From positions 7,681 to 71,680 of the forward strand of contig JBJHBD010000001.1 in the NCBI GenBank assembly GCA_050485305.1: 64,000 bases of DNA, given 5' to 3'. Shown piece after piece: positions 9,846 through 20,204 of the stretch. Each line of letters opens with the position of its first letter. Within the stretch, counting starts at the first letter, position 1. This DNA is from Gemmatimonadota bacterium. GTDB taxonomy: Bacteria > Gemmatimonadota > Gemmatimonadetes > Longimicrobiales > Gaopeijiaceae. Made by a program: the position numbers and the translations under genes. The notes under the pieces were generated by a model. That model saw only the letters and a program-made list of their open reading frames with translations. It was not told the origin of the DNA and did no database searches.

Positions 9846-9873
9846 ATTCCAACGGCAATAAGGGAGAGGTCGG

Positions 9874-11106
9874 ATGGACCAGGAAGGGCTGATACACGAC
9901 TGGAACGATGTGGGAGCGATCCCCGCCTTCGGAGTCGTCGAGCTGGACGACGAGACGCTCCGCGACGGACTTCAGAGCCCCTCGGTGCGGGACCCGGAGA
10001 TCGGTGAGAAGCTCCGGATCCTCCACCTCATGGAAGGACTCGGGATTCACACCGCCGACATCGGCCTCCCCGGCGCGGGACCGAGGGCAGTGGAAGATGT
10101 CCGCGCCCTGGCCCGGGAGATTGCCGATCAGGGGCTTCGCATCGGGGCCAACTGCGCGGCCCGCACCATGGTACGGGACGTGGAGCCCATCGCCCGGATC
10201 TCGCAGGAGGCGGGGATCCCCATCGAGGCGTGCACCTTCATCGGCTCCTCTCCCATCCGACAGTATGCCGAGGACTGGACGCTGGAGAAGATGCTCCGCA
10301 CCTCGGAAGAGGCGGTGACCTTCGCGGTTCGGGAGGGGCTCCCGGTGATGTTCGTCACCGAGGACACCACCCGGGCTCACCCGGATACGCTGAAGGCGCT
10401 GTACGGGAAGGCCATCGAGTGGGGGGCTCGCCGCATCTGCCTCGCCGATACGGTAGGGCACGCCACCCCGTGGGGGACCCGGGCGCTGGTGCGCTTTGTC
10501 CTGGAAGAGATCGTGGCCCCCTCCGGAGAGGAGGTGAAGGTGGACTGGCACGGGCATCGGGACCGGGGTTTCGGGCTCGCCAACGCCTTTGCCGCCATGG
10601 AGGCGGGAGCCCACCGGATCCACGGCACCGCCATCGGGATCGGGGAGCGGGTGGGGAATGTGGAGATGGACCTCCTCCTGGTGAATCTGGTCCTCCTGGG
10701 GATCCACGACGCCGACCTGACCGGGCTCGGCGAGTACTGCGAGCTGGTGTCGGAGGCCACCGGGGTGGAGATCCCCCCGGGGTACCCGGTCTTCGGACGG
10801 GACGCCTTCCGTACCGGGACGGGGGTCCATGCCGCCGCCATCGTGAAGGCGGAAGCGAAGGGCGATGCCTGGCTGGCGGACCGGATCTACTCCGGGATCC
10901 CGGCCGCCCTCGTGGGGCGCCGCCAGGAGATCGAGATCACCCCCATGTCGGGGCTCTCCAATGTGAAGTACTGGCTCCGATCCCGAGGGCTCGACGCCTC
11001 CGACGAGGAGCTCTGCAACCGGATCTTCGAGTACGTGAAGACCCAGAATCACACCCTTACGGAGGAAGAGGTGCTGGGGCTCGTGGGAGAGAGGTCGGGG
11101 GGGTGA
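9874..11106 (+). CDS. 2-isopropylmalate/homocitrate synthase-family (DRE-TIM, HMGL-like) protein, short form
   Basis: 410 aa. Motifs seen are DETLRDGLQS and HGHRDRGFGLANAFAAMEAGAHRIHGTAIGIGERVGNVEMD. An RBS (AGGGAGAGG) precedes the ATG. It lacks the long LeuA regulatory C-terminus. Confidence 0.85.
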   Translation: MDQEGLIHDWNDVGAIPAFGVVELDDETLRDGLQSPSVRDPEIGEKLRILHLMEGLGIHTADIGLPGAGPRAVEDVRALAREIADQGLRIGANCAARTMVRDVEPIARISQEAGIPIEACTFIGSSPIRQYAEDWTLEKMLRTSEEAVTFAVREGLPVMFVTEDTTRAHPDTLKALYGKAIEWGARRICLADTVGHATPWGTRALVRFVLEEIVAPSGEEVKVDWHGHRDRGFGLANAFAAMEAGAHRIHGTAIGIGERVGNVEMDLLLVNLVLLGIHDADLTGLGEYCELVSEATGVEIPPGYPVFGRDAFRTGTGVHAAAIVKAEAKGDAWLADRIYSGIPAALVGRRQEIEITPMSGLSNVKYWLRSRGLDASDEELCNRIFEYVKTQNHTLTEEEVLGLVGERSGG

Positions 11107-11146
11107 CCCTCGCCCCGCCGCGACGCCCAGCCCCCGGGAATAGACC

Positions 11147-11911
11147 ATGGACGCCGCGGTCGTGAGGAACATCATGGAATCGAGCCGGACTCCGGGGTCC
11201 GCCCCACGTATCCTCGTGGTGGAGGACGAGCCGGACATCGCCGCACTCATCGCCTATCAGCTCACACGGGAGGGGTTCCGCGTCGAAACCGCCTCCAATG
11301 GAGATCAGGCCCTCGCCTCCATCCATCGGGCCGTCCCCGATCTGCTGGTGCTGGACCGCATGCTTCCGGGTGTTTCGGGGGATGAGATTCTCCGCACTCT
11401 TCGCCGCGAGGCGGCGACCCGTTCGCTCCCCGTTCTCGTCCTTACCGCCAAGCGGGAACAGGAGGATCGTATCGAGGGGCTCGAACTGGGAGCAGACGAC
11501 TACCTCACCAAGCCCTTCTCTCCCCGGGAGCTGGTTCTCCGGGTCCAATCCATCCTCCGCCGCGCCGACCACGCCGGCGCCGAATCGGGGGGGCGCCTCC
11601 TTCGGGCCGGACCCCTCTCCCTCGACGTGAATGCCCACCTGGTCACCATGGATGGGGAGGAGCTGAACCTCACCCCCACCGAGTTCCGCCTCCTCCAGGC
11701 GCTTCTGGAGCGCCGCGGGCGTACGCAGAGTCGCCGCCAGCTCCTGGAGCGGGCGTGGGACGTGGAGTCGGAGGTGGCGGATCGGATCCAGACCCGAACG
11801 GTGGACATGCATGTCCGCCGCCTCCGTGGGAAGCTGGGGCGCGTGGGGGACTGGGTCGAGACGATTCGCGGGTTCGGGTACCGGATCAAGGTACCGGAGG
11901 GAGAGGAGTGA
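11147..11911 (+). CDS. OmpR/PhoB-family response regulator
   Basis: Receiver domain (ILVVEDEPD...LLVLDRMLPG...LTAK...LTKPF) plus a winged-helix output (TPTEFRLLQALL...VDMHVRRLRGKL...GFGYRI). Confidence 0.9.
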   Translation: MDAAVVRNIMESSRTPGSAPRILVVEDEPDIAALIAYQLTREGFRVETASNGDQALASIHRAVPDLLVLDRMLPGVSGDEILRTLRREAATRSLPVLVLTAKREQEDRIEGLELGADDYLTKPFSPRELVLRVQSILRRADHAGAESGGRLLRAGPLSLDVNAHLVTMDGEELNLTPTEFRLLQALLERRGRTQSRRQLLERAWDVESEVADRIQTRTVDMHVRRLRGKLGRVGDWVETIRGFGYRIKVPEGEE

Positions 11912-11924
11912 CGCCGGAGCGTCC

Positions 11925-13643
11925 GTGGCGCTGAGCACCCGCCTCACCCTCATGGGTGGAGGGGCGCTCGCCGGAGTGCTCCTCATGGTGGGAGTGCTCC
12001 TCCATCAGGACGTTCTGGAGCGGATAGGCCGAGACGAGGCGGAACGCCTGCTCCGGGATGTCCGCGCGGCCACCGAGGTCGCCGCCGGACTCGACCCGTC
12101 GGATCCGGCCGGAGGGGCGGATCGTCTCGCCGCGCTCTTCTCCTATCAGGTGACCCTCATGGCGCCCGACGGTCGGGTGCTTGCCGATACCCGGGTGGCG
12201 CCGGGAGACGCCCCCCTTCTGGAGAACCACGCCGACCGCCCCGAGGTAAGGGCGGCGCGGGAGGGGAGGCTCGAATCGGTGGAGCGTCGGAGCGCCACCA
12301 CCGGGTTTCTCACCGTGTACATCGCCACTCCCGCAGTGCTGGGAGACCGCCCCATCCTCCTCCGGCTGGCTCGCCAGGCCCACCCCCTTCGGGAGTACCG
12401 CGGGAGGGTGGCCGGGATCCTGGTGGGCGCCGGAGTGTTGGGACTCCTCCTCCTCGGGGTCCTCTTCCGCATGGAGGCGGCAAGGCTTCGCCGCCAGGTG
12501 GATCGACTGGCCAATCCGGTGGAGAAGATGTCGGGGGGCGACTTTCCCACCCTCCCCCTCCCCCATCACCTGGCGCCGGAGTTTGCTCCCCTCACCGGGG
12601 CGCTGGGGCGCCTGGGCGATGAGATGCAGGGGCGCCTCTCCGAACTCTCCCGGGAACGGGACGAGATGCGGACCCTCATCGACTCCATCGCCGAGGGGGT
12701 GGTGGCCCTCACCGACGATGCCCGGGTGCTCCGAATGAATCGAGCCGCCGCGGAGCTTCTCGGAGTCGGACCCGCCGCCGCCTTCGCACCCATCGGCACC
12801 CTGGTGCGGAATCCCGAACTCCGGGATCACCTGGAAGAATCGGTGATCCTCCCCCTCCCGCCGAAAGAGGTCACCCTGGGGGGGCGACACCTCCTGGTCT
12901 CGGCCCGCCTCCTGGAGCCGGGCGGATCGGTGGTCACCCTCCTGGACGTCACCGAACTCCGGCGGATGGAGAAGATCCGTCGGGACTTCGTGGCCAACGC
13001 CTCCCACGAGCTCAAGACCCCCCTCACCGCCATGCGCGGCTTCTCCGAAACCCTCCTGGATGGAGATCCGCCCCCGGAACTCCGGCACGAGTTCCTGAAC
13101 TCCATCCGGCTGAACACCATCCGCCTGCAAAATCTGGTGGACGACCTCCTGGATCTTTCCCGCCTCGAATCGGGTGCCTGGACGATCCAGGAAGAGGAGG
13201 TGTCGGTGGGAGATGTGGCAGAGGAGGTCTGGGATGGGCTCCGGAGCGAGCATGGAGAGCGGGCGCTGTCGTTTGCGGTGGAGGGCTCCGCCGTGGCCCT
13301 CGCCGACGGTCAGGCGCTCTTCCAGATCTTCCAGAACCTCTTCACCAACGCGCTTCGCTTCACCCCGGAAGGGGGGATGATACGTGTGGAGATTGCGCCA
13401 CGGGGTGGTGAGGTGGAGGTGGCGGTGGTGGATTCGGGCGCCGGGATCCCCTCGGAGAGCCTCCCCAGGATCTTCGAGCGTTTCTACCGGGTTGATCCCG
13501 GGAGGGATCGGGGTGCCGGAGGGACCGGCCTCGGGCTGGCCATCGTTCGCCACCTGGTCCAGAGCATGGGTGGAGAGGTCTCGGTGGAGAGCGAACTGGG
13601 GCGTGGTACCACCATCCGCTTCACCCTTCCCCGGGTGGAGTGA
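11925..13643 (+). CDS. sensor histidine kinase (PhoR-like architecture)
   Basis: H-box ASHELKTPLTAM and ATPase boxes (DSGAGIP, GTGLGLAIV). The start is uncertain: GTG at 11925 or ATG at 11952. The earlier part of the ORF overlaps the regulator gene. Confidence 0.85.
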   Translation: MALSTRLTLMGGGALAGVLLMVGVLLHQDVLERIGRDEAERLLRDVRAATEVAAGLDPSDPAGGADRLAALFSYQVTLMAPDGRVLADTRVAPGDAPLLENHADRPEVRAAREGRLESVERRSATTGFLTVYIATPAVLGDRPILLRLARQAHPLREYRGRVAGILVGAGVLGLLLLGVLFRMEAARLRRQVDRLANPVEKMSGGDFPTLPLPHHLAPEFAPLTGALGRLGDEMQGRLSELSRERDEMRTLIDSIAEGVVALTDDARVLRMNRAAAELLGVGPAAAFAPIGTLVRNPELRDHLEESVILPLPPKEVTLGGRHLLVSARLLEPGGSVVTLLDVTELRRMEKIRRDFVANASHELKTPLTAMRGFSETLLDGDPPPELRHEFLNSIRLNTIRLQNLVDDLLDLSRLESGAWTIQEEEVSVGDVAEEVWDGLRSEHGERALSFAVEGSAVALADGQALFQIFQNLFTNALRFTPEGGMIRVEIAPRGGEVEVAVVDSGAGIPSESLPRIFERFYRVDPGRDRGAGGTGLGLAIVRHLVQSMGGEVSVESELGRGTTIRFTLPRVE

Positions 13644-13761
13644 TCCCAACCGGTCTCCGCCATTGCGGAGGGGAAGGGCTCTCCGTACCGTGTCCCGTCT
13701 GCGAATTCCTCGGAGGTTCCCGTGGATTCCGTTCCCATTGGGGAGGAGGGTGCGCACCGGC

Positions 13762-14688
13762 ATGGACTCCACGCACGGCCTGGATACAGGAGGGTGGGAG
13801 GAGAGCGGTTTTGGGGAGGAGGGGGAAGACTCTACCGTTCTCCCCATCCCCAATTCTCCCGGAGCGGCGGTCGAGGAGCTCCTTTCCGAACTGGAAACCG
13901 AGCCGGACCCCCGCGCCGTTCTCACACCGGGAGGGCTCCGTGGGAGGGTGGCCATCGTCACCGGAGGGGCCACCGGAATCGGTCGTGCCGTCGCCCTCGC
14001 CCTCGCTCAGTCGGGGGTCCATGTGGCGTTCAACTGGATCCACCTCGATGAAGGGGACCGGAGCGCCGCCGAGGCCACCGCGTCGGAGATCCGGGGGCGG
14101 GGGGTCCGGGCTCTCCACAGGGAGATGGATTCGAGAGACTCGGAGGAGGTGGCCGCCTTCGTCCAGGAGGTCATCACCGAACTGGGAGGGCTCCACATTC
14201 TGGTGAACAACGCCGGAATTGGTCGAGACCGAGCGCTCTGGCGGATGACCGACGAGGAGTGGGAGGCCGTACTCGGCACCAACCTCACCGGAGCCTTCTA
14301 CTTTCTCCGGGCGGTTGCTCCCCACTTTCGGGCGCAGGAGTCCGGGAAGATCGTGAACATCTCGTCGGTCCACGCTTACCGGAGCGAGTTCGGGCTGGCC
14401 AACTACGCCGCCTCCAAGGCAGGACTCCTGGCCCTTACCCGGAGCGCCGCCGTGGAGCTGGGCCCCTCCAACGTAAATGTGAATGCCGTCGCTCCCGGGT
14501 ACATCCGCACCACCCGCCTCACCGAGCGGGTCCCCGCCGAGATCCTGGATCGCGCCCGGGAGCGGGCCGCCCTGGGCCGCCTCGGCGACCCCCAGGATGT
14601 AGCCGGCGCAGTCCTCTTCCTCTGCTCCGAAGCCGCCCGACACATCACCGGCGCCGTCCTCCCCGTGGACGGCGGCCACCTCCTCTGA
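13762..14688 (+). CDS. short-chain dehydrogenase/reductase (FabG-like) with acidic N-terminal extension
   Basis: SDR motifs TGGATGIGRA, NNAG and YAASKAG. The only canonical in-frame start downstream of the kinase gene is ATG 13762, which gives about 60 extra N-terminal residues. Confidence 0.85.
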   Translation: MDSTHGLDTGGWEESGFGEEGEDSTVLPIPNSPGAAVEELLSELETEPDPRAVLTPGGLRGRVAIVTGGATGIGRAVALALAQSGVHVAFNWIHLDEGDRSAAEATASEIRGRGVRALHREMDSRDSEEVAAFVQEVITELGGLHILVNNAGIGRDRALWRMTDEEWEAVLGTNLTGAFYFLRAVAPHFRAQESGKIVNISSVHAYRSEFGLANYAASKAGLLALTRSAAVELGPSNVNVNAVAPGYIRTTRLTERVPAEILDRARERAALGRLGDPQDVAGAVLFLCSEAARHITGAVLPVDGGHLL

Positions 14689-14700
14689 CCCATCGACGCC

Positions 14701-16461
14701 ATGCTCGCCACCATCCTGGGGATCGCCGCCATTCTTTTCGCCCTGGCCTATCGCTTCTACGGGAAGTGGGTGGCGGCCCGGTTCCAGCTTTCCGACGAGC
14801 ACATGGTCCCCTCGGAGGTGCAGTACGATGGCGCCGACTTTGTCCCGGCGAAGGCCCCCGTCCTCTTCGGGCACCACTTCTCGTCCATCGCCGGGGCGGG
14901 GCCCATCGTGGGTCCCATCCTGGCAGGGCTCTTCTTCGGATGGGTCCCGGCCCTGCTCTGGATCGTGGCCGGCTCCATCTTCGTGGGGGGGGTCCATGAC
15001 TTCGGCTCGCTGGTGGCCTCCATCCGCCATAAGGCCCGATCGGTGGCGGAGCTGGCAAAGGACTACATTACCCCGCTCGCCTTCCGCCTCTTCCTGGTCT
15101 TCATCTGGCTGGCGCTGGTCTACGTCATCGTGGTCTTCATGGACCTCACCGCCGCCTCCTTCATCGACACCTTCGACGCCTCCGGCGCCGAGACGGCGCA
15201 GGGAACCGGGGTGGCGGTGGCTTCGGGGATCTTCATCCTCATGGCGCTGGTCCTCGGGTTCCTCACCTACCGGGAGATCCTCCCCCTCCGGGCCTCGACC
15301 CTCATCTTCGTCCCTCTGCTCCTCCTGGCCATCGCCTGGTCCTCCACCATCCACTCCGACGGGAGCTACATCCCCGCCATCTTCAGTGACCCCAAGCACT
15401 TCTGGATCATTCTCCTCCTGGGGTACTGCGTGGTGGCCTCGGTGACCCCGGTCTGGATCCTCCTCCACCCCAGGGACTACCTCTCCTCGTTTCTCCTCTA
15501 CGTGGTGGTCATCGGGGGCGCGCTGGGGATCTTCTTCGGCACCTTCACCGGGGGGCTGGGGGCCACGACCTGGCCCGCCTTCGTGAGCAAGGACCACCCG
15601 GTCTTCACCGAGGTGGCCCACCTGGGACCCCTCTTCCCCATTCTCTTCATCACCATCGCCTGTGGCGCCTGCTCCGGCTTCCACTCGGTGGTGTCGTCGG
15701 GGACCACCTCGAAGCAGCTCCGCTGCGAGTCCGACGCCAAGCGGATCGGGTATGGCGCCATGCTGGTGGAGGGGTTCGTGGCGGTGCTGGCTCTCGCCAC
15801 CATCATGGGGCTCACCTTCGGAGCCGAGTCCCTCGGGGGGAACCCGGTGGTCCTCTTCTCCAACGGGGTCGGACGCTTCTTCGCCACCATGGGGGTGCCG
15901 TACACCTTCGGGGCCATGCTGGGGCTCCTCGCCCTCTCCACCTTCCTCCTCACCACTCTGGACACCTGCACCCGCCTGGGGCGCTACGTCATCCAGGAGT
16001 TCTTCGGGTGGGACAACTCGGTGGCCATGAACCGGTGGAAGGGGACCCTCCTCACCCTGACGGCTCCCGCCATCCTCGCCTTCATGACCTACACCACCCC
16101 CCAGGGGCAGGTCATTCCGGTGTGGCGGGCCATCTGGCCGGTCTTCGGCGCCACGAACCAGCTCCTTGCCGGGCTGGCGCTCCTGGCGGTCACCCTCTGG
16201 CTCAAGCGCACCGGGCGGAGCTGGTACTTCACCGGGATCCCCATGCTCTTCATGATCGCCATGACCACCTCGGCCATCGTTCTCCTGGTGACCTCGCCCG
16301 CCACCGCCACCCCGGTGCGCGTCATCGCCTGGTTCCTCCTCATCCTCGCCGTGGTGGTGGTGTGGGAGGCGCTCCGGGCCTTCCGGATGCCGGAGGTCCC
16401 CCGGGAGAAGGTGGTGCTCCGCTCCGACCCCACCTCGCCCGTTCCGGCGGGAGGGGCATGA
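14701..16461 (+). CDS. cstA: carbon starvation protein A (peptide/pyruvate transporter family)
   Basis: 586-aa polytopic membrane protein. The N-terminus is typical of CstA (FGHHFSSIAGAGPIVGPILA...GGVHDF). Confidence 0.92.
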   Translation: MLATILGIAAILFALAYRFYGKWVAARFQLSDEHMVPSEVQYDGADFVPAKAPVLFGHHFSSIAGAGPIVGPILAGLFFGWVPALLWIVAGSIFVGGVHDFGSLVASIRHKARSVAELAKDYITPLAFRLFLVFIWLALVYVIVVFMDLTAASFIDTFDASGAETAQGTGVAVASGIFILMALVLGFLTYREILPLRASTLIFVPLLLLAIAWSSTIHSDGSYIPAIFSDPKHFWIILLLGYCVVASVTPVWILLHPRDYLSSFLLYVVVIGGALGIFFGTFTGGLGATTWPAFVSKDHPVFTEVAHLGPLFPILFITIACGACSGFHSVVSSGTTSKQLRCESDAKRIGYGAMLVEGFVAVLALATIMGLTFGAESLGGNPVVLFSNGVGRFFATMGVPYTFGAMLGLLALSTFLLTTLDTCTRLGRYVIQEFFGWDNSVAMNRWKGTLLTLTAPAILAFMTYTTPQGQVIPVWRAIWPVFGATNQLLAGLALLAVTLWLKRTGRSWYFTGIPMLFMIAMTTSAIVLLVTSPATATPVRVIAWFLLILAVVVVWEALRAFRMPEVPREKVVLRSDPTSPVPAGGA

Positions 16462-17024
16462 ACCAGGTCCGCCGATTGGGGGTCGTCCTCGTCGTTTCCC
16501 TCCTCCTCGTGGGGTGCGGGGAGAGGGAGGGGCCACCGCCCATCCCTGACAGCGAGGTGCCGGAGGCTCCCGTCCTTCTCCTGGAGCTCCCCCTCGTCTA
16601 CCATCGAGGAGAGGAGCCGGTGGAGGTGAACCGACAGGTTGCGGTTCCCCCTTCCGGAGAGGATGGGGATTCGGGGCCCATCCTCCAGGCTACGCTGCGT
16701 GCCCTGCTGGAGGGCCCCACGCCGGAGGAGCGCGCTTCCGGAATCCACTCCTTCTTCGGTGGGGAGATGGCCGAGCTCCCCTTCCATCTGTTCCGGGAGG
16801 ATGGGCTCTGGATCGTCGACTTCGCGGATTTCCGCACCCTCGTCCCCAACGCCGCCTCCTCGGCGGGGAGTCAGGCCTTCCTGAGGGAGCTGACCGGAAC
16901 CCTCTCCCGCGTTCCGGGGGTGGTGGAGGTGGAGCTGCGCCTGGAGGGAGAGTGTGAGGCGTTCTGGAACTTCCTCCAGCGGAGTTGTGAGCGGATCGAT
17001 CTCTCCGGAACGATGACCCCCTGA
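16458..17024 (+). CDS. GerMN-domain-like lipoprotein
   Basis: The ATG at 16458 overlaps the cstA stop (ATGA). It has lipobox LLVGC and the segment [19 protein letters not shown], reminiscent of GerM-type domains. Confidence 0.6.
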   Translation: MNQVRRLGVVLVVSLLLVGCGEREGPPPIPDSEVPEAPVLLLELPLVYHRGEEPVEVNRQVAVPPSGEDGDSGPILQATLRALLEGPTPEERASGIHSFFGGEMAELPFHLFREDGLWIVDFADFRTLVPNAASSAGSQAFLRELTGTLSRVPGVVEVELRLEGECEAFWNFLQRSCERIDLSGTMTP

Positions 17025-17071
17025 CCGGGGTTACCCCCTCCGTCCCTCATCCCTCAATCCAGGATCTCTGC

Positions 17072-17541
<470 letters not shown>

Positions 17542-17545
<4 letters not shown>

Positions 17546-17958
17546 ACGAAGGAGAGCTCCGGGAGCGGGTGGAGCGATCCGAGGCCGAGTGGAAGGCACG
17601 GCTCGATGCCGAGACCTTCCGCGTCACCCGGAAGAAGGGGACGGAGCGGGCCTTCACCGGAGCGCTCTGGGACGAGAAGCGCCCCGGGGTGTACCGGTGC
17701 GCCTGCTGCGACCTCCCCCTCTTCGACGCCGCCGCCAAGTACGAGTCCGGGACGGGGTGGCCCTCCTTCTGGCGCCCCATTTCCGAGGACCGGGTGGCCG
17801 AACGGGACGATCGCTCCTTCTTCATGCGGCGCACCGAGGTCATCTGCGCCCGGTGTGACGCCCACCTGGGGCACCTCTTCTCCGATGGGCCGGAGCCCAC
17901 CGGGCTTCGGTACTGCCTGAACTCGGTGGCGCTTCGATTTGAGGAGGAGGGGGAGTGA
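17542..17958 (+). CDS. msrB: peptide-methionine (R)-S-oxide reductase
   Basis: The ATG overlaps the ppi stop. It has CxxC pairs ([21 protein letters not shown]) and the catalytic RYCLNS motif. Confidence 0.93.
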
Positions 17959-18587
17959 GCCTCGCATCTTCCGGTGGACGCCGAACCTCTTCGGCGGCCC
18001 GCTTCCCGGCACGCCTGGTGGGGATTTTTGTCCTTTTCATGAGCGTTCCGGGGTGCGGCGGGCGTTCCATGGCACCTCCCACCGCGGGGTACCAGACGGG
18101 GAGCGTCCCGGAGCTTCGCGCCGAGCGGGTCCTCCTTCTGCCGGTGCAGCTTCTCCGGGGAGGGCATGGCGCCTTCGATCAGGAGCTGGCCTTTGCCCTC
18201 CGCTCCCGCGGGCGTGGGGGCGATTGGGTAGACGCCGCCACCATCATCGAGTCTGTCCGGCGGAGCCCTGAACTCGGAGTGGAGCTGGACCGCCTCCCCA
18301 TTCGCCCCTTCCTCCAGGCCGAGGTTCGTCGTGTGGGAGATCCCCTCTTCGGTGATCTATACCGGCTGGGCGTCTTCCTCAACGCCCGCATCGCCGTCCT
18401 GCCGGTGGAGCTCCGGGAGCGCCCCGAGGGGGAAGGAGCTGCCGTTGAAGTGGTGGCCGCCCTCCTCGATCTTCGCACGGGGCAGGTCCTCTGGCACGGG
18501 GTGCTGGATGGAACCCCGGCACCATCGGGATCACTACAAGGAACTGCGTCGGTGGCCGAACGGCTTGCGGCTCGACTCCTCCCCTGA
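17955..18587 (+). CDS. hypothetical lipoprotein
   Basis: The GTG start overlaps the msrB stop. It has a signal peptide with lipobox (SVPGC). No family recognised. Confidence 0.55.
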   Translation: MSLASSGGRRTSSAARFPARLVGIFVLFMSVPGCGGRSMAPPTAGYQTGSVPELRAERVLLLPVQLLRGGHGAFDQELAFALRSRGRGGDWVDAATIIESVRRSPELGVELDRLPIRPFLQAEVRRVGDPLFGDLYRLGVFLNARIAVLPVELRERPEGEGAAVEVVAALLDLRTGQVLWHGVLDGTPAPSGSLQGTASVAERLAARLLP

Positions 18588-18638
18588 GGAGTCCGTCGGC
18601 ACACCGTCCCCTCTCTTGCCCCATCTGGAGTTGTCGTC

Positions 18639-19175
18639 TTGCGTCGCATAGCCGTTTCCACCGTCTCGACCCTCGTGGTCGCCCTTCTCGCCCTCGGTGC
18701 GGGTGGGTGTGATACCGAGCTGGACCCCCGTCGCCCGGCAGCGGAGCTCCCACCTCTTTCGGAGGTGGCACCCCTCTTCGCCTATGCCGGTGGGGTCGAG
18801 GTGGAGTACTCGGGGAACGTGCTTCAGGTCACCGCCACCGTCGACCCCGTTGCGTATCGGATGGGGGGGACGACCTGGCTTCGAGCGTCGCCCTACATCT
18901 TCCTCTTCTCTCCCGCCACCCGGGAGGCCCTAACCGACCATCCGGGAATTGGCGGGGTTCGGGTGGTTACACGCACGCCGTCGGGAGAGCTGATCGGTTC
19001 GGCCCTCCTTCGCCAGGGAACCCTCAACTCGGTGACCTGGCAGCGGGCTCTTTCCATTGCGGGGCTGGCCCGGAGAGAGGGAACCGAGCGCCCAGGGCGG
19101 ATGCGGGATCTCATCCGATGGGGTGAGGACAACGCCGAATTCGAGTATAATCCAGACTTCATCCCCGAAGCCTGA
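18639..19175 (+). CDS. hypothetical lipoprotein
   Basis: TTG start and lipobox LGAGGC. No family recognised. Confidence 0.55.
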   Translation: MRRIAVSTVSTLVVALLALGAGGCDTELDPRRPAAELPPLSEVAPLFAYAGGVEVEYSGNVLQVTATVDPVAYRMGGTTWLRASPYIFLFSPATREALTDHPGIGGVRVVTRTPSGELIGSALLRQGTLNSVTWQRALSIAGLARREGTERPGRMRDLIRWGEDNAEFEYNPDFIPEA

Positions 19176-19187
19176 ACCCCGCTTCCC

Positions 19188-20204
19188 ATGGCGCAAACCA
19201 TCACCGTGATCCCGGGAGACGGGATCGGTCCCGAAGTCACCGAGGCCACCCTCGAGATCCTCAAGGCCTCCGGCGCCGAGCTGGAGTACGAGGAACAGCT
19301 CGCCGGCGTGGCGGCGGTGGACGCCCTCAAGACCCCTCTTCCCGACGTCACGCTGGACTCCATCCGGCGGAACCGGATCGTTCTCAAGGGGCCCCTCACC
19401 ACTCCGGTGGGGACAGGGTTCCGCTCCATCAACGTGGCGCTCCGGAAGGAGTTCGACCTCTACGCCAACGTGCGACCGGCCCTCACCATGGTCCCCGGTG
19501 GACGCTATGAGGACATCGACCTCGTCCTCATCCGGGAGAACACCGAGGGGCTCTACGTGGGCGTGGAGCACTACATCGGGCTGGAGGGCGACCCTCGCGC
19601 CGCCGCAGAGTCGGTGATGATCATCACCCGCTTCGGTGCCGAGCGCATCGTACGGTACGCCTTCGAGTACGCGAAGCGGAACGGCCGTAGGAAGGTGACG
19701 CTGGCCCACAAGGCCAACATCCTCAAGTGCACCCAGGGGCTCTTCCTGGATGTGGGTCGGGAGGTGGCAAAGGAGTACGAGGGGGTGGTGGAGTTCGAAG
19801 ACGCCATCATCGACGCCACAGCCATGTATCTCGTGGCCGACCCGTACCGCTTCGACGTCCTGGTCATGGAGAACATGTTCGGGGACATTCTTTCGGACCT
19901 CATCGCCGGACTGGTGGGAGGGCTGGGGATGGCTCCGGCCGGGAACATCGGGAGCGAGGCCGCCATGTTCGAGGCGGTGCACGGTTCGGCCCCCGACATC
20001 GCCGGAATGGGGGTGGCCAACCCCACCTCCCTCACTCTCTCCGCAGCCATGCTCCTGGATCATGTGGGGCAGCCCGAGCCCGCCGCCCGGATCCGGAAGG
20101 CGCTCCAGGCCGCCCTCGTCCAGCCCGAAACCCGGACCGGTGATGTGGGGGGGCGGGCCAACACCCGGGAGTTCACCCGGGCCGTGATCCGGAATCTGGG
20201 GTGA
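19188..20204 (+). CDS. NAD-dependent isocitrate/homoisocitrate dehydrogenase (IDH3/HICDH-like)
   Basis: 338 aa with motifs of the beta-decarboxylating dehydrogenase family (IPGDGIGPEV, LKGPLTTPVGTGFRSINVALRKEFDLYANVRP, NMFGDILSD). Confidence 0.9.
   Translation: MAQTITVIPGDGIGPEVTEATLEILKASGAELEYEEQLAGVAAVDALKTPLPDVTLDSIRRNRIVLKGPLTTPVGTGFRSINVALRKEFDLYANVRPALTMVPGGRYEDIDLVLIRENTEGLYVGVEHYIGLEGDPRAAAESVMIITRFGAERIVRYAFEYAKRNGRRKVTLAHKANILKCTQGLFLDVGREVAKEYEGVVEFEDAIIDATAMYLVADPYRFDVLVMENMFGDILSDLIAGLVGGLGMAPAGNIGSEAAMFEAVHGSAPDIAGMGVANPTSLTLSAAMLLDHVGQPEPAARIRKALQAALVQPETRTGDVGGRANTREFTRAVIRNLG

Noticed and set aside
13621-16536. 971-aa ORF on the minus strand, one of the longest in the track
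   Set aside because: It lies antisense to the clearly recognisable SDR and cstA genes. Its translation is low-complexity, rich in G/R/P/E/H, with no recognisable motifs. This is a typical shadow frame of GC-rich coding DNA.
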